Below, piece after piece: positions 50,393 to 64,000 of a DNA stretch of 64,000 nt. A program made the position numbers and the translations under genes. The notes under the pieces are model-generated. The model was not told where the DNA came from, searched no databases, and worked only from the letters and a program-made list of their open reading frames with translations. Position 1 is the stretch's first letter; every line of letters starts with the position of its first letter. This DNA comes from Malacoraja senta (lineage: Eukaryota): contig CM075990.1 in NCBI GenBank assembly GCA_038087875.1, positions 14,014,001 to 14,078,000 on the forward strand. The letters run 5' to 3'.

Positions 50393-53300
50393 ACACTCTT
50401 TCCACGTTCATCTCTTTTTAAAAATTCTCTTTACATTCCCATCATCTTCCCTCAACTTCGACCACTCTTTAGAGATACAGCACAGAAGCAGGCCCTTCGG
50501 CCCATCGAGTCTGCGACAGCCAGCGATCACCTTGTACACTAGCACACTCACTTTCACACACACACTTAAAGGGGCAAATTAACCTACAGGCCTGCATGAT
50601 TTTAGGATTTGTGAGGAGACCACAACACCTACAGAGAACACACATGGTCACAAGAGAATAGGAAATCCCACCCAAGGTCAGGATTGAACCCGGGTCTCGG
50701 GCGCTGTGTGGCAGCAACTCCACACACTGCACCAGTGTACTGCCCTAATGTTATATTTCAGAAGTGTTAATTGAGGATGAATATTGGTTTGCCAGGGGTA
50801 CTTCCGTTAAAAATACATTGCTTGAAGCACTGGTCTTTTAAGTACCAAATAAAGACAGAGATGACTTTGAAAGAAGGGCTGAAGAAGGGTCTTGACCCGA
50901 AACGTCACCCAATCCTTTTCTTCAGAGCTGCTGTCTGACCCGTTGAGATACTGAGTTTTTTTGTGTGTATCCTTGGTGTAAACCAGCATCTGCAGTTCCT
51001 TCCTACACAGAAAGGACTCAGCCAGTTATGCAGCATTAGGTAGGTCCCCTCTGAACGTCTCCACCAGCACATTCACATCCTTCCCACCAGAACTACAGAT
51101 GTTTAATTCACAGACCCGTTTGCTCTCTAAGATGCGGGAGAAATATTCCGTGGCACTATTTTGAAGAATAACACTGCTGGCCAATATCAGCATGCCCTCA
51201 ATCAATATTACCTATCTTTTATTTCATTCATTCTGCTGTTAGTGGGAGATTTCTGTGCATAAATCGGATGCCATCTTTCATAAATCACGAGAACGGCCAC
51301 ATTTCAAAAGTACTTCAACAAGCTGTAAAGTGCTTCCGACATTGTGCAAAGAATTTGAAAGGAGATATGCAAATGAAAGTTTTTATTCATAGTGCGAACA
51401 TTATTTTATTGTGCCTGTATCTCATCTTAATTAGAAAATGGCAATTTACAGACAATCCCTCCATAAGCAATCAATTCTATCCTTCTGTCCACCTTGTCTA
51501 CTAAGTGGTATCTTCAACCAACAGGGGCTGTTGAGCGCGGAATTGCTTTTAATCATAATTAATCTACATCATTTAATTTTACGTGATTAGGTCCTAAAAC
51601 AAACAAACTCACATCGTTTGGTGTTAAAGAACCTGCTCAGGTTATTCCACTAAACTCTGCCTGAATGGGAAATAAACAGAGATATTTGTAATAATGTTAT
51701 GTACATTTACACAACCATGGGCGCACACACACACACATAGGCACACGCAACTTGAATTGTTTGCAACATTAATGAGGCAGAGATTTGCGAAATGGATTTT
51801 GAAATGGTTAAACAATTCCTATTTGTGGAGCATTCATCCAGCACCTTGAGAACTCCTTGGAATATAAGAAATTAACTTCACCCGCAAGTCTGAATAAATT
51901 AGGCAAATGAGTACCATTGAAGAAAAGAAACACATTTAGCGGCCCACCCCCAACAGCGTGGCTGTGGAAAGGTGTACAATGGAGTAGATTTTGACAGTAT
52001 AATGGCATAAGATGTCTAACTAGGAGCTGACAGGCCATTTTACATTCATTCCAATCTGCATTTCAATTAGTTTCAATGAGAACATGTAAAATGGCCAAGG
52101 GGTCACGGCTGTCCATTTCACGTCACTGTACAAGGTCAGGATGCTGATGGCATAGCTGTGATAACATGGCTCTGTCACGCTGGCTCAGAGTCATGAGTTC
52201 AAGCCTTACTTACCCCAGGGATTCTACAAGACTGCTGCAGTTCAGTCCAGCAAGAAGCTGCACCATCAGACAACCCAACTACTGGATGAGATCTTTAACT
52301 GAGATCCATTTGCTCTCTAGCCTTTGTCCACCCATCGGCAAATCAACCTCCCCTCACTCCCACTCACCTGTATCCACCTATCACTCACCTGACCCCACCT
52401 CTTTTCCAGCTTTCTCTGCACCCCTACAATCAGTTTAAAGAAGGGTCTCAACATGAAATGTCGCCTAACCGTCTCCCGCTGAATTACTCCAGCACTTTGT
52501 ATTCTGAGCAAGATTCCAGCATCTGCAGTTCCTTGTGTCACCATTTGCTTCTGCTGTTGAATGTAAACAATCACATTCTGAAGAAGAGGTCCTCAGGGTG
52601 AAGTTCTCAATACCCTGGCCAATACTGATCCTAATACCAACAAAATAACTTTGTTTAAGTTACTTATCGCCTTGCAGTGTGTGTGGCAGCTTGCTGTGTA
52701 CCTCAATTTTCTTCATTGCAATTATGACTGTACTTTAAAAATAGTTGGTCGTAAAAAGCTTCACGACGTCAGAAGATTATGAAAAGCTTGTGTGAAAATG
52801 CATGTGTTCTTTCCAACTGGGATGCCTTAAATAGCAATACTTTCAGATTTTTGTTTCCTGGATGAGAGATAAAAACGTGGCTTTCTAACTATCCAATCCA
52901 GCTTTTGTGTTCAAGTCTTTGAAGTGACACTTGAACCAAGAACATTCAAATATTTACTTGCGGTAATGAAAACCTGAGTCTCATTATAGGACAAACCTCA
53001 AACTGAACCGTTTGCAGGGTTGACGTATAATTACTGAGTGTCACTGAGTGGAGCTGTTTTTGATGTCGGTGCAGCCTCTGAGAGATCCTGCTCCTCACCC
53101 AGAGCCATTTTTTATCTAGTGCCTCACAATAAACACAGGGCCGCTCCAGTGAATTGGAAGGAGAGCAGTAGTCTGTGGAGACACCGCAGTGTGTGCAAGT
53201 CAGATTCCACGCAGCAAATTCTCCAAAGCTCCGGGGAGTGTGGGCTCAGTGCAAGCATTCAGAAGAAAGTCCGCAGTGCATGGGATACTTTAATCTCAGT

Positions 53301-54334
53301 TAACCCCAGCTCATCCAAACATCAGCTGTGTTTGGAGACAAAGGGGGCTGCTGATGCTGGAGTCTCCAGCAGAGAACAAACTATGAAGGAACTCAACGGA
53401 TCAGGCAGCAACTGTGGAGGGAAATGGACAGGCGATGTTTCAGATCAGGACCCTTCTTCCCAACCCAAAACATTTAATTTTAGTTTAGAGATCCATCTTG
53501 GAACAGGCAAAATGTTAGAGGTGAAATGGAGACAAAATGGTGTCACCACATTTAGTGAAATGTAACCACCTATCACTTGCTACATATCCAGCTATTACTT
53601 GCCTCACCTGTATACACCTATCACCTGTAGCAGAAGCAAGGAACTACAGGTGCTTCTTAATACGAATTATAGAAACAAAGTGCTGGAGTAACTCAAGCTT
53701 CATGTCTGAAGAAGGGTCCTGACACGAAAGGTCACCTATCCTTTTTCTCCCAAGATGCTGCCTGACCTGCCGAGTTACTCCAGCACTTTGTGTCTCTCCA
53801 GGTATCACCTGCCAGGTGACCAAGGTCCCATGTCTCACCTGACCACTCTTTTCCAGTTTGCTAACTACTGCTGCAATCAGTTTGAAGATGGAGCTTAACA
53901 CGAAACATTGTCTATTGATTCCCTCCCCAGATGTTGCCCGACATATTGAGTTCCTCCAGCACTTTGTGTTTTGAGCAGAGTTAGTACTTCAAACTTGGGA
54001 CACTTCAGCAGCCGATAAGATTCCTTGCTAACTAAAAGCCAACAAGGTAAAAAATATTTTCCTCAGAAGCTTCATATTATATCCCTTATTCTGAGAGTTA
54101 ATTCTATAAAATACCGATGATGTGATTCAGTGAGAAAAGACACAGATGTATCCCTCGCAGGGCACAGAATTACAAGCCATTAAACATCTGCTTTCAAAAA
54201 CAAATGCCAGCTCCTGTCTCATGCACTTGCTTTGATCTGCAATTAAAGGACTGAGTGCACACTGTCGAACATCAATTTGAATAGTAGCACCTGCCATTGT
54301 GCTTTGAAACAGACAATTTTCCCCTCCCCCTTTT

Positions 54335-54597
54335 CACACAGACACTCGCAAGCACTCGCAAGCACAAGCTCACACTCACGCTCACACCCACACTCACACT
54401 CACAAGCAAGCACTCACGAGCACAGAACCGTGCACACACTCACACTTTCGAACAAGCACCCACGAGTACACACCCATACATACACATACATGCATGCACA
54501 GATGCACGTACAGACAATGCATGCACACACATACACATGTACACACACTGACGGACGCACGCACATGCATGCACACACACACTGGCATACACACATT
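54335..54597. repeat. Degenerate CA-rich low-complexity repeat
   Basis: Seen directly. Confidence 0.9.
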
Positions 54598-55200
54598 CAG
54601 TTCCATTAAGTGTCTCTTCACTCTGGAGTGCCTGAGCTCTGTAAAGGGGAACCTGCTACTTTCCACAAACTTTAAATTAGTGCACGTCCTTCCCAGGCGA
54701 CAGCTCCATTCCTGAGAAGTGTTCATAACCCAAACCCAAACAGTTCACAGGTTGGAAATACAACTGTGTGGCAATATATTGAAATAAAAACATAGGGCAA
54801 CTCAGGGCAATGAGTAGTAAACATAGCATTTCCAACCATTCAGATATTGCTGCAAACTGAGTACCTATGTGGCAGAAGATGCATGCAGTTGTTTAGAAGC
54901 CTCCTATCTATCCTGGCAATCTCCCCACTCGTTAGTGTGTATGGAGCCAAACATAAGTTGGGTGTTCATCACCCGAGGACAAGTCAAGGAAATAGCATTG
55001 GCCAGCACACTTGGAGTTCTTTCCTGAAGACTATGGCAAGGATCTGCTTACATCTAACTCAAGGGAAGGAGGGAACATTGGTTCAATAGGCTACAAGAAA
55101 GATGGCATCCTTGATACTGCAGCACACCTTTAATGCCCTACTGGATTAGCAGCTCAGGCTTCTGCAGTGTGATCGGTGTTGGATGCCATCAACTCAGTGT

Positions 55201-55422
55201 GTAGGAAGGAACTGCAGATGCTGGTTTACACCAAAGATAGGCACAAAATGCTGGAGTAACTCAGCGGGACAGTCAGCATCTCTGTCTTGATGCTGACAGT
55301 CGAGACCGTTCTTCCTCAACCGGAAATGTCTCAACCCAAAATGCCATGACCCATTCCTTCTCTCCAGAGATGCTGCCTGTTCCCGCTGAGTTACTCCAGC
55401 ATTTTGTGTTTATCTTCTGCCT
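55201..55422. mobile_element. Palindromic PLE arm pair, variant B, rearranged centre
   Basis: Flanks AACTCAGTGT / AACTCAATGT. Confidence 0.78.
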
Positions 55423-56778
55423 AACTCAATGTTTGCTGCTCCAAATCTTCCACATCCTCAGCAAATGTCTCGAACTGGATCAAATAAAATCTCTTCTGTT
55501 TATCACATGCTCGCATGCGTTTGTGAATTATTCACACAAGGCAAAGAGCAACATTTTTTGAGAGAAACCTGTTCCCACCAGCGGCTTTCACGAACTGAGC
55601 CTGCCCTTTACGTTCATGAGCGGAAAAGAATGGCAGAAGTGGAGAGAGTTTAGCCAACAGCAACAAGAGTGATCCCAAGGGGAAAGAACTTGAGCTGTCG
55701 GAGTGAACAAAAGTAGAAGATTTGCAATCTTGAATGAGAGCAGTTGAGGGAGTATTGTTGAATTATACAAAAGATGAATTGGTGGAGATAAAGCATAACC
55801 AGATTATCACTTCAGTGTAAACAGTAAAACCAGACCCTGAGGACGTAAATGGAAAATACTCCACAATAAATGTTAGAACTGATAACAAGAAACGCTACTC
55901 TGCAAAGTGAGTGAGAAATGTTTGGAATTATCAACTGGGCAAGATAATAAAGGCAGGAACTCTGGGGATATTAACCATTGGATATTGTGAAGGGCTCATG
56001 CCTGCTGGAACTCCATGGAGAAGTTAAAATGCAAAAGTGCAGAATTCATTGAGAAGCTGATTTGGGATCACAGGCCTTTCTCATGCTATGGTATGTTTGC
56101 ATGTAATTATATAAGTGGTCCCTGCATGTTTGAAGCACCTGAGGTGAGCATATGTGTTATTTGTTGTTAGCCAGCAATATAGTACACGCCCAGGGTCTAA
56201 ATCTCCCACAGGGTCTCCCAGAGGTTAGTGCAGATGAAGTTAACCACTCAAAGATCAACCGAGGAGCATCTTAGAGGTGGAGAGAAAGTTGGAAAGGTTT
56301 AGGAAGGAGGTTCCAGAGTTTGGTGCCCATGATTGGTGAGACGCTTGACTCATGATGCTATATGTTCTCCTGATCTATAATTGACCTATTGAAATCAGGA
56401 ACGAGCAAGTGATCAGAAATGGAGGAATGTGAAGATCATGGAAGATTGTAGGATCGGGGAGATCGCAGCAATGTGAGGAGTGGGAGCAAGATTTGAAAAC
56501 CAGGTTGAGAATATTGAGACATGTCACCTGTCCATGTCCTGCAGGGGTACTGCCAGACCCGCTGAGTTACAGCAACATTTTGTTTCTTTTCTTGAGAATA
56601 TTCAATTCATTTGCGTGCTGGGCATGTCGCAGTGAGATGGACTGTACAATATCAACCAGACATAACATGAGCAACACATTACACAGGCAAAGGAATTGAA
56701 TTGTCTGTTCAATGGCTATGTCATTTCACCCTAGTTCCACCAATTGCCCTCCCCCACCTTCTCTACTACCAAGACTAA

Positions 56779-57384
56779 AGGCTCTGTCTCATGGTGTTGC
56801 GGTCATCGGCGGTGAAGCGCGGCGTCGCCGGTAGAGGGGACCGCACGGCAACGGCGAGAGCGCCGAGCCTATGCCACGGGAGCGCCGCACGGGTGCTGCG
56901 CGGGGGCCGAGTGATTTAAGTACGGCTGGTCCCAGGAGCTTGCGGTAAGTAAAAAAAAAGGGCGGGCCGACTACGATGACGTCATTTCGGATCTGCGGGG
57001 CTGTGGCGGCGGCCGTGCTGATCGCGGCGCTGTGGCGGCGGCCGTGCCGCACACGTGCCTCACTGGCGGAGGCTGTGGCGGCGGCTGTGGCGGCGGTCGT
57101 GCCTCACTGGCGGAGGCTGTGGCGGTGCAAGTTTGACGCACGGCGCTCGTGCCACACTGGCGGCGGCTGTGGCGGCGGCCATGCCGCAATCGTGCCTCAC
57201 TGGCGGAGGCTGTGCGGTAGGAAAAGTTTTTTGAATAGCGTTGGTTTTATTTTAGCACCGTGGGAACAACGCCGCACGGCCCCGGAATTGTGCGTTTGAC
57301 CGAGTGCGCGGTCTATGGCGGCCCAGGAGCGGTAGATTCTTCCTGTTTCGCCGCCAATGACCGCAGACTCGTGAGACAGGCCTT
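56779..57384. mobile_element. GC-rich Harbinger-type MITE with imperfect 38-bp TIRs and internal tandem repeats
   Basis: AGGCTCTGTCTCATGGTGTTGCGGTCATCGGCGGTGAA versus right-end reverse complement AAGGCCTGTCTCACGAGTCTGCGGTCATTGGCGGCGAA; flanks TAA / TTA; four cgtgcc(t/a)cactggcgg(a/c)ggctgtg units at 57053-57215. Confidence 0.8.
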
Positions 57385-57387
57385 TTA

Positions 57388-57625
57388 AGGGCCTGTCCCA
57401 CTTTCACGACCTAATTCACGACCTTTTTTACTCGTGGACATTTTTCATCATGTTGAAAAAACGCCCCGACCTACTTGATGCCACGAGTACCTACAACTAG
57501 CATCACAACCTACCTACAACCTACCTACGACCTCCTACGACCTCGTGACGGCCATGCTGCGAGTATGAGTCAAGGGCAAACTCGGCAGAGGTCGTGAATT
57601 AGGTCGTGAATGTGGGACAGGGGCT
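57388..57625. mobile_element. Harbinger-type MITE (238 bp) directly adjacent to the previous MITE
   Basis: AGGGCCTGTCCCACTTTCACGACCTAATTCACGACCT / AGGTCGTGAATTAGGTCGTGAATGTGGGACAGGGGCT; interior homologous to the right part of 45560-46103. Confidence 0.9.
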
Positions 57626-57931
57626 TAACCTGTTCTCCCGCTTTATCAGTTCTGATCAAGGGTTTTTGACCTGAAACATTAACTGTTTCTCATTTTGTAC
57701 ATGCTGCCAAAGCGATGGACTATTTTTCAGTCTGAGGAAGGGTCTCGACCCAAAATATTCTCTGACCATTCCCTGCCAGACTCGCCGATTTCCACCAGCA
57801 GTTTGCTTTTTTGCTCAAAATTCCAGCATCACCACTGTGGTGGGCCGTATCACGAACAACGATGAGACGGAGTACAAAAAGGAGATTGAGAACTTGGTGA
57901 CATGATGTCAGGACAATAACCTCTCCCTAAT

Positions 57932-58079
57932 GGAATAGACAACGTTTCGGGCCAAAACCCTTCTTCAGACTGAAGAAACGTTGCCTATTTCCTTCGCTCC
58001 GTAGATGCTGCTGCACCCGCTGAGTTTCTCCAGCACTTTTGTCTACCTTAGATTTTCCAGCATCTGCAGTTCCTTCTTA
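57932..58079 (+). mobile_element. PLE arm variant A with a short inverted 5' part
   Basis: 14-bp TSD AACCTCTCCCTAAT at 57918-57931 and 58080-58093. Confidence 0.88.
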
Positions 58080-58293
58080 AACCTCTCCCTAATTGTCAGC
58101 AAGACAAAGGGGCTAGTTATTGACGTCAAGAACATGGTGGTGTACAGCATCGATGGTGCAGAAGTGGAAAAGGTTGAGAGCTTCAACTTCCTTGCCGCTA
58201 ATACTACTAATGGTCCGTCGTGGATCAACCACGCTGATGCAACAGACAAGAGGGCACACTGAAGGGAACTGAAGGGACTGAACAAATTCAATA

Positions 58294-58755
58294 GAAGATA
58301 AACACAAAAAGCTGGAGTAACTCAGCAGGACAGGCAGCATCTCTGGAGAGAAGGAATGGGCGATGTTTCAGATCGTGACCATTCTTCAGACTAGTTAAGG
58401 ATAAGGGAAATGTGAGATATAGACGATGATGTAGAGAGATAAAGACCAATGATTGAAAGTTATGCACAAAAGTAACGATGAGAAAGGAAACAGGCCATTG
58501 TTAGCTGTTTGTTGGGCGAAAACGAGCAGCTGGTGCGAATTGGGTGGGGGAGCGATAGAGAGAGAGGGAATGCCGGGGCTACCTGAATTTAGATAAATCA
58601 ATATTCATACCTGGGCTGTAAGCTGCCCAAGCGAAATATTAGATGCTGTTCCTCCAATTTGTGTTTAGCTTCACTCTGACAATAGTGGAGACCTCGGGCA
58701 TTCCCGGACACCTGGGAATGGGAAGAAGAATTAATGTGTTTAGCAACCGGGATGT
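58294..58755 (-). mobile_element. Penelope-like element, second subfamily: GIY-YIG C-terminus, 3'UTR and arm variant B
   Basis: ORF 58598-58807 PVAKHINSSSHS...HKLEEQHLIFRLGSLQP, contiguous through the UTR with the arm at 58294-58391. Confidence 0.85.
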
Positions 58756-60453
58756 CTCCAGTGACTCCTACAAACCTCCATAGGAAGCATACAGGCAGTT
58801 GCACCACAGCTTGGTTTGAGTATAGCTCTGCTCAAGGCCACAAGAAATTGTAGAGTTATAGCTGTAGCCCAGGCTATCACACAGACCAGACTTCCCACCA
58901 TTGATTCCATCTACATCTCACGCTGCCTCGGAGAAGCAGCCAACATAATCAGACTTGTCCCATACCAGTCATTCCTTCTTCCACTTGTTCCCATCTTGCA
59001 GCAAGCACAGAAGCTTAAAAGTGAGCACTTCTGGATTCAGGAATAGCTTCCTTCCTGTTATCAGGCTTCGGAACAGTCCTTCCATAAGCTGGGGTACTGT
59101 CCAATTCACCTCTATCCCATTGAGGACATTGGACTTTGTCTGTGGAACTGATGCGCTACAATGGTGAAAATAATATTCTTCACTCCCTGTACCTCCCCCT
59201 TTGCTCTATCTATTTTACTTGAGTTTGACCTGGTTGTATTTATGTACGGTATTTCTGACCTGTTTGGATCGCATGCAAAACAAAGCTTTTCACTGTACCG
59301 TAGTAGTCATAACAATAATAAACCTAAACTTATACATAAACCTAGGTTAGCACTACAGAGAGGGAGTGATGCACTTTCAGCAATGCTTTCAGTTTAAACG
59401 AGTGTTAAACTGAAGCCTCTCCTGTTCTATCCGTTCAGCGTTCTCAAGCTACCATTCCCATGAAGAGCAGGGTACAATGTCTAGTTTTCGCCAATGTCAT
59501 TAGAAGAATTGCCTGGTCATTGCCTCACTGTTGTTTCTGGGATCTTGCTGTGCGCAGACAGTACTTCTTCAATACAATTCAAAATGTCATTCCATTGCTG
59601 GAAATCATAGCTGATTGCTTTGCGGATGGGAAAGTTTTTATATTAAACACAGGTCTTCTTTTCATTAATTAACGTGCAAGGCTGGGTCAGAATATCTGCT
59701 CTGTTCAACCAGAGCAACAGCTGGTAGAGCTGCTGACTCACAATGCCAGAGACCCGGGTTTGATCAGCATTGGAGGTTGGCATTGTACCCCAAGTCACTG
59801 TAATTGCAGGATATCTGCACTACCTGCAGCGATGGACTATTTCACGACCGAACTGGAGGTCTGCTGCACTGAGGGAGATCTCTGCTTAAGACATGAAAGC
59901 AAGGCCCACTGCACGTGTTCAGGCAAGCGGAAGTCTTTGGAGTTCCCCGTGCTTCCGGGAGGAAAGCTTGATCCTATTCATAGTCAACATTCATAAAAAC
60001 AGATTGACAAAGCATTTCTTCCATTGTTGTTTTTTTTAATATTTGCATAGAAATACGTGGAATAAACGCCCGAGAAACACGTCATTCAGTCCAACCTGTT
60101 CACATAAGCGTTCAGTCAATGACTCCACCCATCCTCGTTGCACCAACGCCCAATGTATGTCTGTGTTCTCTGTACCAATGCATTTCCTGTATTAATGTTT
60201 ACATATTCTGTTGTGCTGCAGCAAGTAAGAATTTCATTGTTCTATCTGGGACATATGACAATACAACACCCTTGACTCTCTGCATCAGTCCTGATGCAGG
60301 GCCTCGATTCAAAACATTGACTTTCCTTTTGCCTCCACAGATGCTGCCCAGCCCACTGAGTTCCTCCAGCAATATGGTTTGGTTATCTCGGCATTATTTT
60401 CTATCGCCAGTATTTATCCAGCTTCTCCTGAAATACTATCTGTTCATACCAGG

Positions 60454-61150
60454 CACAAGAGTACTGAGTATATGGAACAAACGGCCAGAGGAGGTAGTTG
60501 AGGCTGGTACTATAACAACATTTACAGGACATTTAAGGGACAGGTAGATAGGAATGGTTTAGGGGGATATGGGCAGGCATTTATAGATGGAGCATCTTGG
60601 TAGGCTTGGACAAGTTGGGTCGAAGGGCCTGTTTCCGTGTTGTATGACTCTGTGACTCTAGAAAATGAAGGATGTCTGGAATCCTCCATCCTAGAGAGAT
60701 TTGGAGGCTAGATCATCATAAATATTTAAAGTAGATATAGATAACTTTTTGAAAGATTAGGAAATTGGCAGAGAAAAGGATTTGAGGCCAGCAAAGATCA
60801 TTAAGCCATTTACAACGGAGATGAGGAAAAGCTTTTTCACACAGAGAGTTGTGAGTGTGTGGAATTCTCGGCCTTAGAGGGCGGTGGAGGCTGGTTCTGG
60901 GGATACTTTCAAGAGAGATAGAGCTCTTAGGGATAGCGGAAATAAGGGATATGGAGAGAAGGCAGGAACGGGGTACTGATTGAGGATGATCAGTCATGAT
61001 CACATTGAATGGCGGTGCTGGCTCGAAGGGCTGAATGGCCTACTCCTGCACCTATTGTCTATTATCTATTTTCTATTAGCAATGATGATATTGAATGATG
61101 GGGTAAGCTTACTGGGTCAGGTGGACTACTCCTACTCCTGCTCTCTTACA
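60454..61150 (+). mobile_element. Adjacent and nested CR1 3' ends
   Basis: RVLSIWNKRPEEVVEAGTITTF; a younger copy at about 60805-61075 lies within an older one. Confidence 0.8.
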
Positions 61151-62627
61151 TTCTTGTGTCCAACACTCCTAGTAAGGTGATCTAGGACAAATAGTGTTCC
61201 ATTGCTAGGACCTCAATGTTAAAACAGATGGATGACAAGAGCTTATTCCACCATGTCAAGGTCGGGAATGAACTGCGGAGATATCTTCAATTGCCTTTAT
61301 GTATCCATCAGGTACATCCTTCATGTGTGGTGGCCAGTGTTCAGTGGCTTGCCTGCACTGATGGAAGTCACAGGCAGCTGTCTTCTGGCTCGAAGATGCC
61401 TTGGAAACCAGCCAGGCAGCACACAATGTGCTTCCTTACAGAAAGCCACGGCTCAACTTCACGCAGCAGGAAGCATGTCACCATCTGTAGGCCTGACCTT
61501 GGCAGGAGTTTCAAGTGGTGGCCCCGGGAAACTGCGCAGGGCGATGGCAAGGAGACCACACCCTGGTGGAACGCCCCCTCAACAAACCAAAAAAACGCAA
61601 CCTCACACAAAAAAACCTGCTTCCTAGTTCAAGGAAGCCTGCAGGAGCTACAGGAAACCTGCTGATTCCGACTCTCTTAGATAATGCGTCAGGGAATGTC
61701 ACGACCCTCCTCGCTGACAGTCCTGGGCTGGTTCTGTTTTGTTTGGATAATTGTCACTTTGTAAGAGCACCCGGTTAAAATTGCCATTAGTTTGCCTGAC
61801 ACGGGGTTTACAGTTTCTTCCTGCTGGGGCACTTCCCAATAACTAAATACAAAATGCAAAGCTGGCAACACACGAGACACTCCCTCAGATGCAGGGTCAT
61901 AGCCAGCTGAAGCAAGCTTGGCCAAACCCAAAATACAATGCTGGTGAATTTCTCCCTGTTGTAACGTCAGAGAACTTACTTTACCATCAAATGGTGAATC
62001 TGTAGCTCACTCAAACACTCAAGTAAAGAGTAGTAGGATAAAGGGTACACAGACCATCAAAGTCTAGACCATTGGGCCAACTGATCTGCTTCATCTCTGT
62101 TCATATATTGGCTAAATCGCCAATAAATATAAATGCTGAGATGAGGAAAAACCTTTTCACCCAGAGAGTTGTGAATTTGTGGAATTCTCTGCCTCAGAAG
62201 GGAGGAAACCAAGTACCTGGGGAAAACCCACACGTGCCATGGGGAGAACATACAAACTCCAAACAAACAGCACCCATAGTCAGGATCGAACCCGGGTCTC
62301 TGGCAATGTGAGGCAGCAACTCTACCGCTGAGCCACCATGCCACCCATAAAGATCGGAGTGCTTCCATTCCTGTGAGCTTGTTGATGGGAAACCAGACTT
62401 GCTTTGTACAATTTGTAAGTTAATTACGATTATCTAATTAATGGATAAGTAATTAAATCACAGCTCCATGTCGATCCTTACTGAAGAACTGACTAAATAA
62501 TCCATCATTTGTTCAATAAAGTGGAATTGAAAGTAGAAGGTTCTTGGTGCTGTCAAACCTCAGACACATCAGGCTCCAGACAGCACCATTGCAATGGACT
62601 TAGCATTGCACTAATTTACACTGAGTG

Positions 62628-63150
62628 AGAGTCAAAAGTCTAAAGTGTTTCACTGTCATATGTACCAACAACCTCACGATAAAATTCTTACTTGCATCAG
62701 CATAACTGTAAACATAATACACATGGATAATATATAATAAAGAAAAATCCAATAAATTAATAATCCCATATGATTGTTTTAAAAAGCCTAACATCCTTCA
62801 TGCAACCGAGACAGTACATAGTTCAGAGTTTAGTTAGTTAGTGTTGTGTAGTGTTCAATGGCCTGATGGTTGTTGGGAAGAAGCTATCTGGTGGTCACGG
62901 TTTTCGGTCTCCTGCACCTTCTTGCCGTTGGTGTGAAACGAGTGTGGCCAGGGTGATGTGGATCTCTGACGATACAGGCTATATTTTAGAGGCAGCATTT
63001 TTGAGGCACCTTCCGTTCGATGGTGGGGAGGTCAGTACCTGTGATGGACCAGGCAGTATCCAACAGACCTTGTATTCTCCTTCATTCCTGGGCGTTCAAG
63101 TTGCCGAACCTGGCCTCGATGCAATCAGTCAATGTACACGCTAATATACA
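62628..63150 (-). mobile_element. Degraded Rex1/Babar LINE 3' fragment
   Basis: gtgttcaatggcctgatggttgttgggaagaagct is the reverse complement of the SFFPTTIRPLN motif; tail resembles 14900-14985. Confidence 0.7.
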
Positions 63151-64000
63151 CCTGAAGGTTCTTTATTCCATTATTTAAAGTGGCAAATAATGTTACAGTA
63201 ACCTAACAAAATGCTAGAGGCACACAATAATCTGTAGTTAGCTACAAAGAAAGATACAGGCAACTGGAACGCTGAAATTTCATGAAGAATTGGGAGTGGA
63301 AATATTTTAGTGGTGTTTTTTGAGGGATAACAATTAGCCTGGAGACCTCCCCTGCTCTCCTTAGAAATGCAGCATGATCTTATTTAGTTTAATTTAGTTT
63401 AGTTTAGTTTAGTTTAGTTTAATTTAGTTTAGTTTGGTTTAGTTTAATGATACTGCATGGAAACAGGCCCTTGACCACCTGTTCACACTAGGGTCAATTT
63501 ACAGAGGGCTAATGTACAAACCCGATCGTCTTTGGGATGTTGGAGGAAAGCGGAGCACCCGGAGGAAACCCATGCAGTCCAAGGAAGACGTGCAAACTCC
63601 ACGCAGACACACATCCGAGGTCAAGTTCGAACCCGGGTCTCTGGCACCATGATGCAGCAGCACTACCAGGTGTGCCACTGTGCCGCCTTGGTTTGACATT
63701 TGGTGCAGAGGAAAACACCGTGACACTGGTACGGATAGCGCTGCCTCAGTAACAGCTCACAGACTCAGCATAGATGATGCTCAGTGATGGAGTCAGATTT
63801 GAACCAACAACCTTCTGAGTAAGGAGTAAACATCCTATCCATGTAGGTTAAAGAGACAACATGATTACCTAGAATGTAATCGCTATGGATGGCTGACGTG
63901 ACTAATTGCCACTGTTTCTGCAACCGTTGCCAAATTAAAATACAAATATATAACATGTAATTAATCAAATGCAGGGTCTCATTATACACAGACACGTGTT

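Larger units (their letters stand above)
57828..59330 (+). mobile_element. Rex1/Babar LINE fragment split by two PLE insertions
   Basis: TTVVGRITNNDETEYKKEIENLV, VSKTKGLVID..IDGAEVEKVESFNFL, LPTIDSIYISRCLGEAANII; aataaa tail near 59320. Confidence 0.85.

Noticed and set aside
56789..57299. GC-rich ORFs or a host CpG-island promoter
   Set aside because: The region is bounded by TIRs and TWA triplets, so it is a MITE interior rather than a host first exon.
57385..57628. piggyBac/Kolobok assignment from TTAA flanks
   Set aside because: Four other copies fit only a 3-bp TTA/TAA TSD (TTAA versus TTTA, or TTA-T versus A-TTA), which favours Harbinger.
61216..61778. Overlapping ORFs in unique sequence (also 53038-53565 and 59760-59996)
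   Set aside because: No recognisable motif or convincing splice framework; lengths are compatible with chance.

Overview
Eukaryotic, repeat-dense, apparently intronic or intergenic DNA. The repeat complement (HE1/V-SINE-like SINEs, HER1/CR1 LINE tails, Deu-domain SINE remnants) points to a cartilaginous fish, probably a skate or ray; this is inferred from recognised families. I recognise no host protein-coding exon with confidence, and nearly all ORFs in the track are transposon remnants or noise. Contents: a 5'-truncated L1 ORF2; Penelope-like (GIY-YIG) fragments and about 25 short, often palindromic copies of their 3' arm carrying a minimal hammerhead-ribozyme-like motif, many with clean 9-15 bp target-site duplications (TSDs); seven PIF/Harbinger-type MITEs with related termini but different interiors, including a 573-bp near-perfect palindrome; a hAT deletion derivative; a non-autonomous Helitron; Rex1/Babar and CR1 LINE pieces; a teleost-like CORE-SINE; an unclassified GC-rich retroposon family; satellites; several unique CNE-like blocks; and a 200-N gap. 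Family names come from motif recognition, not database searches. Boundaries of decayed repeats are approximate.
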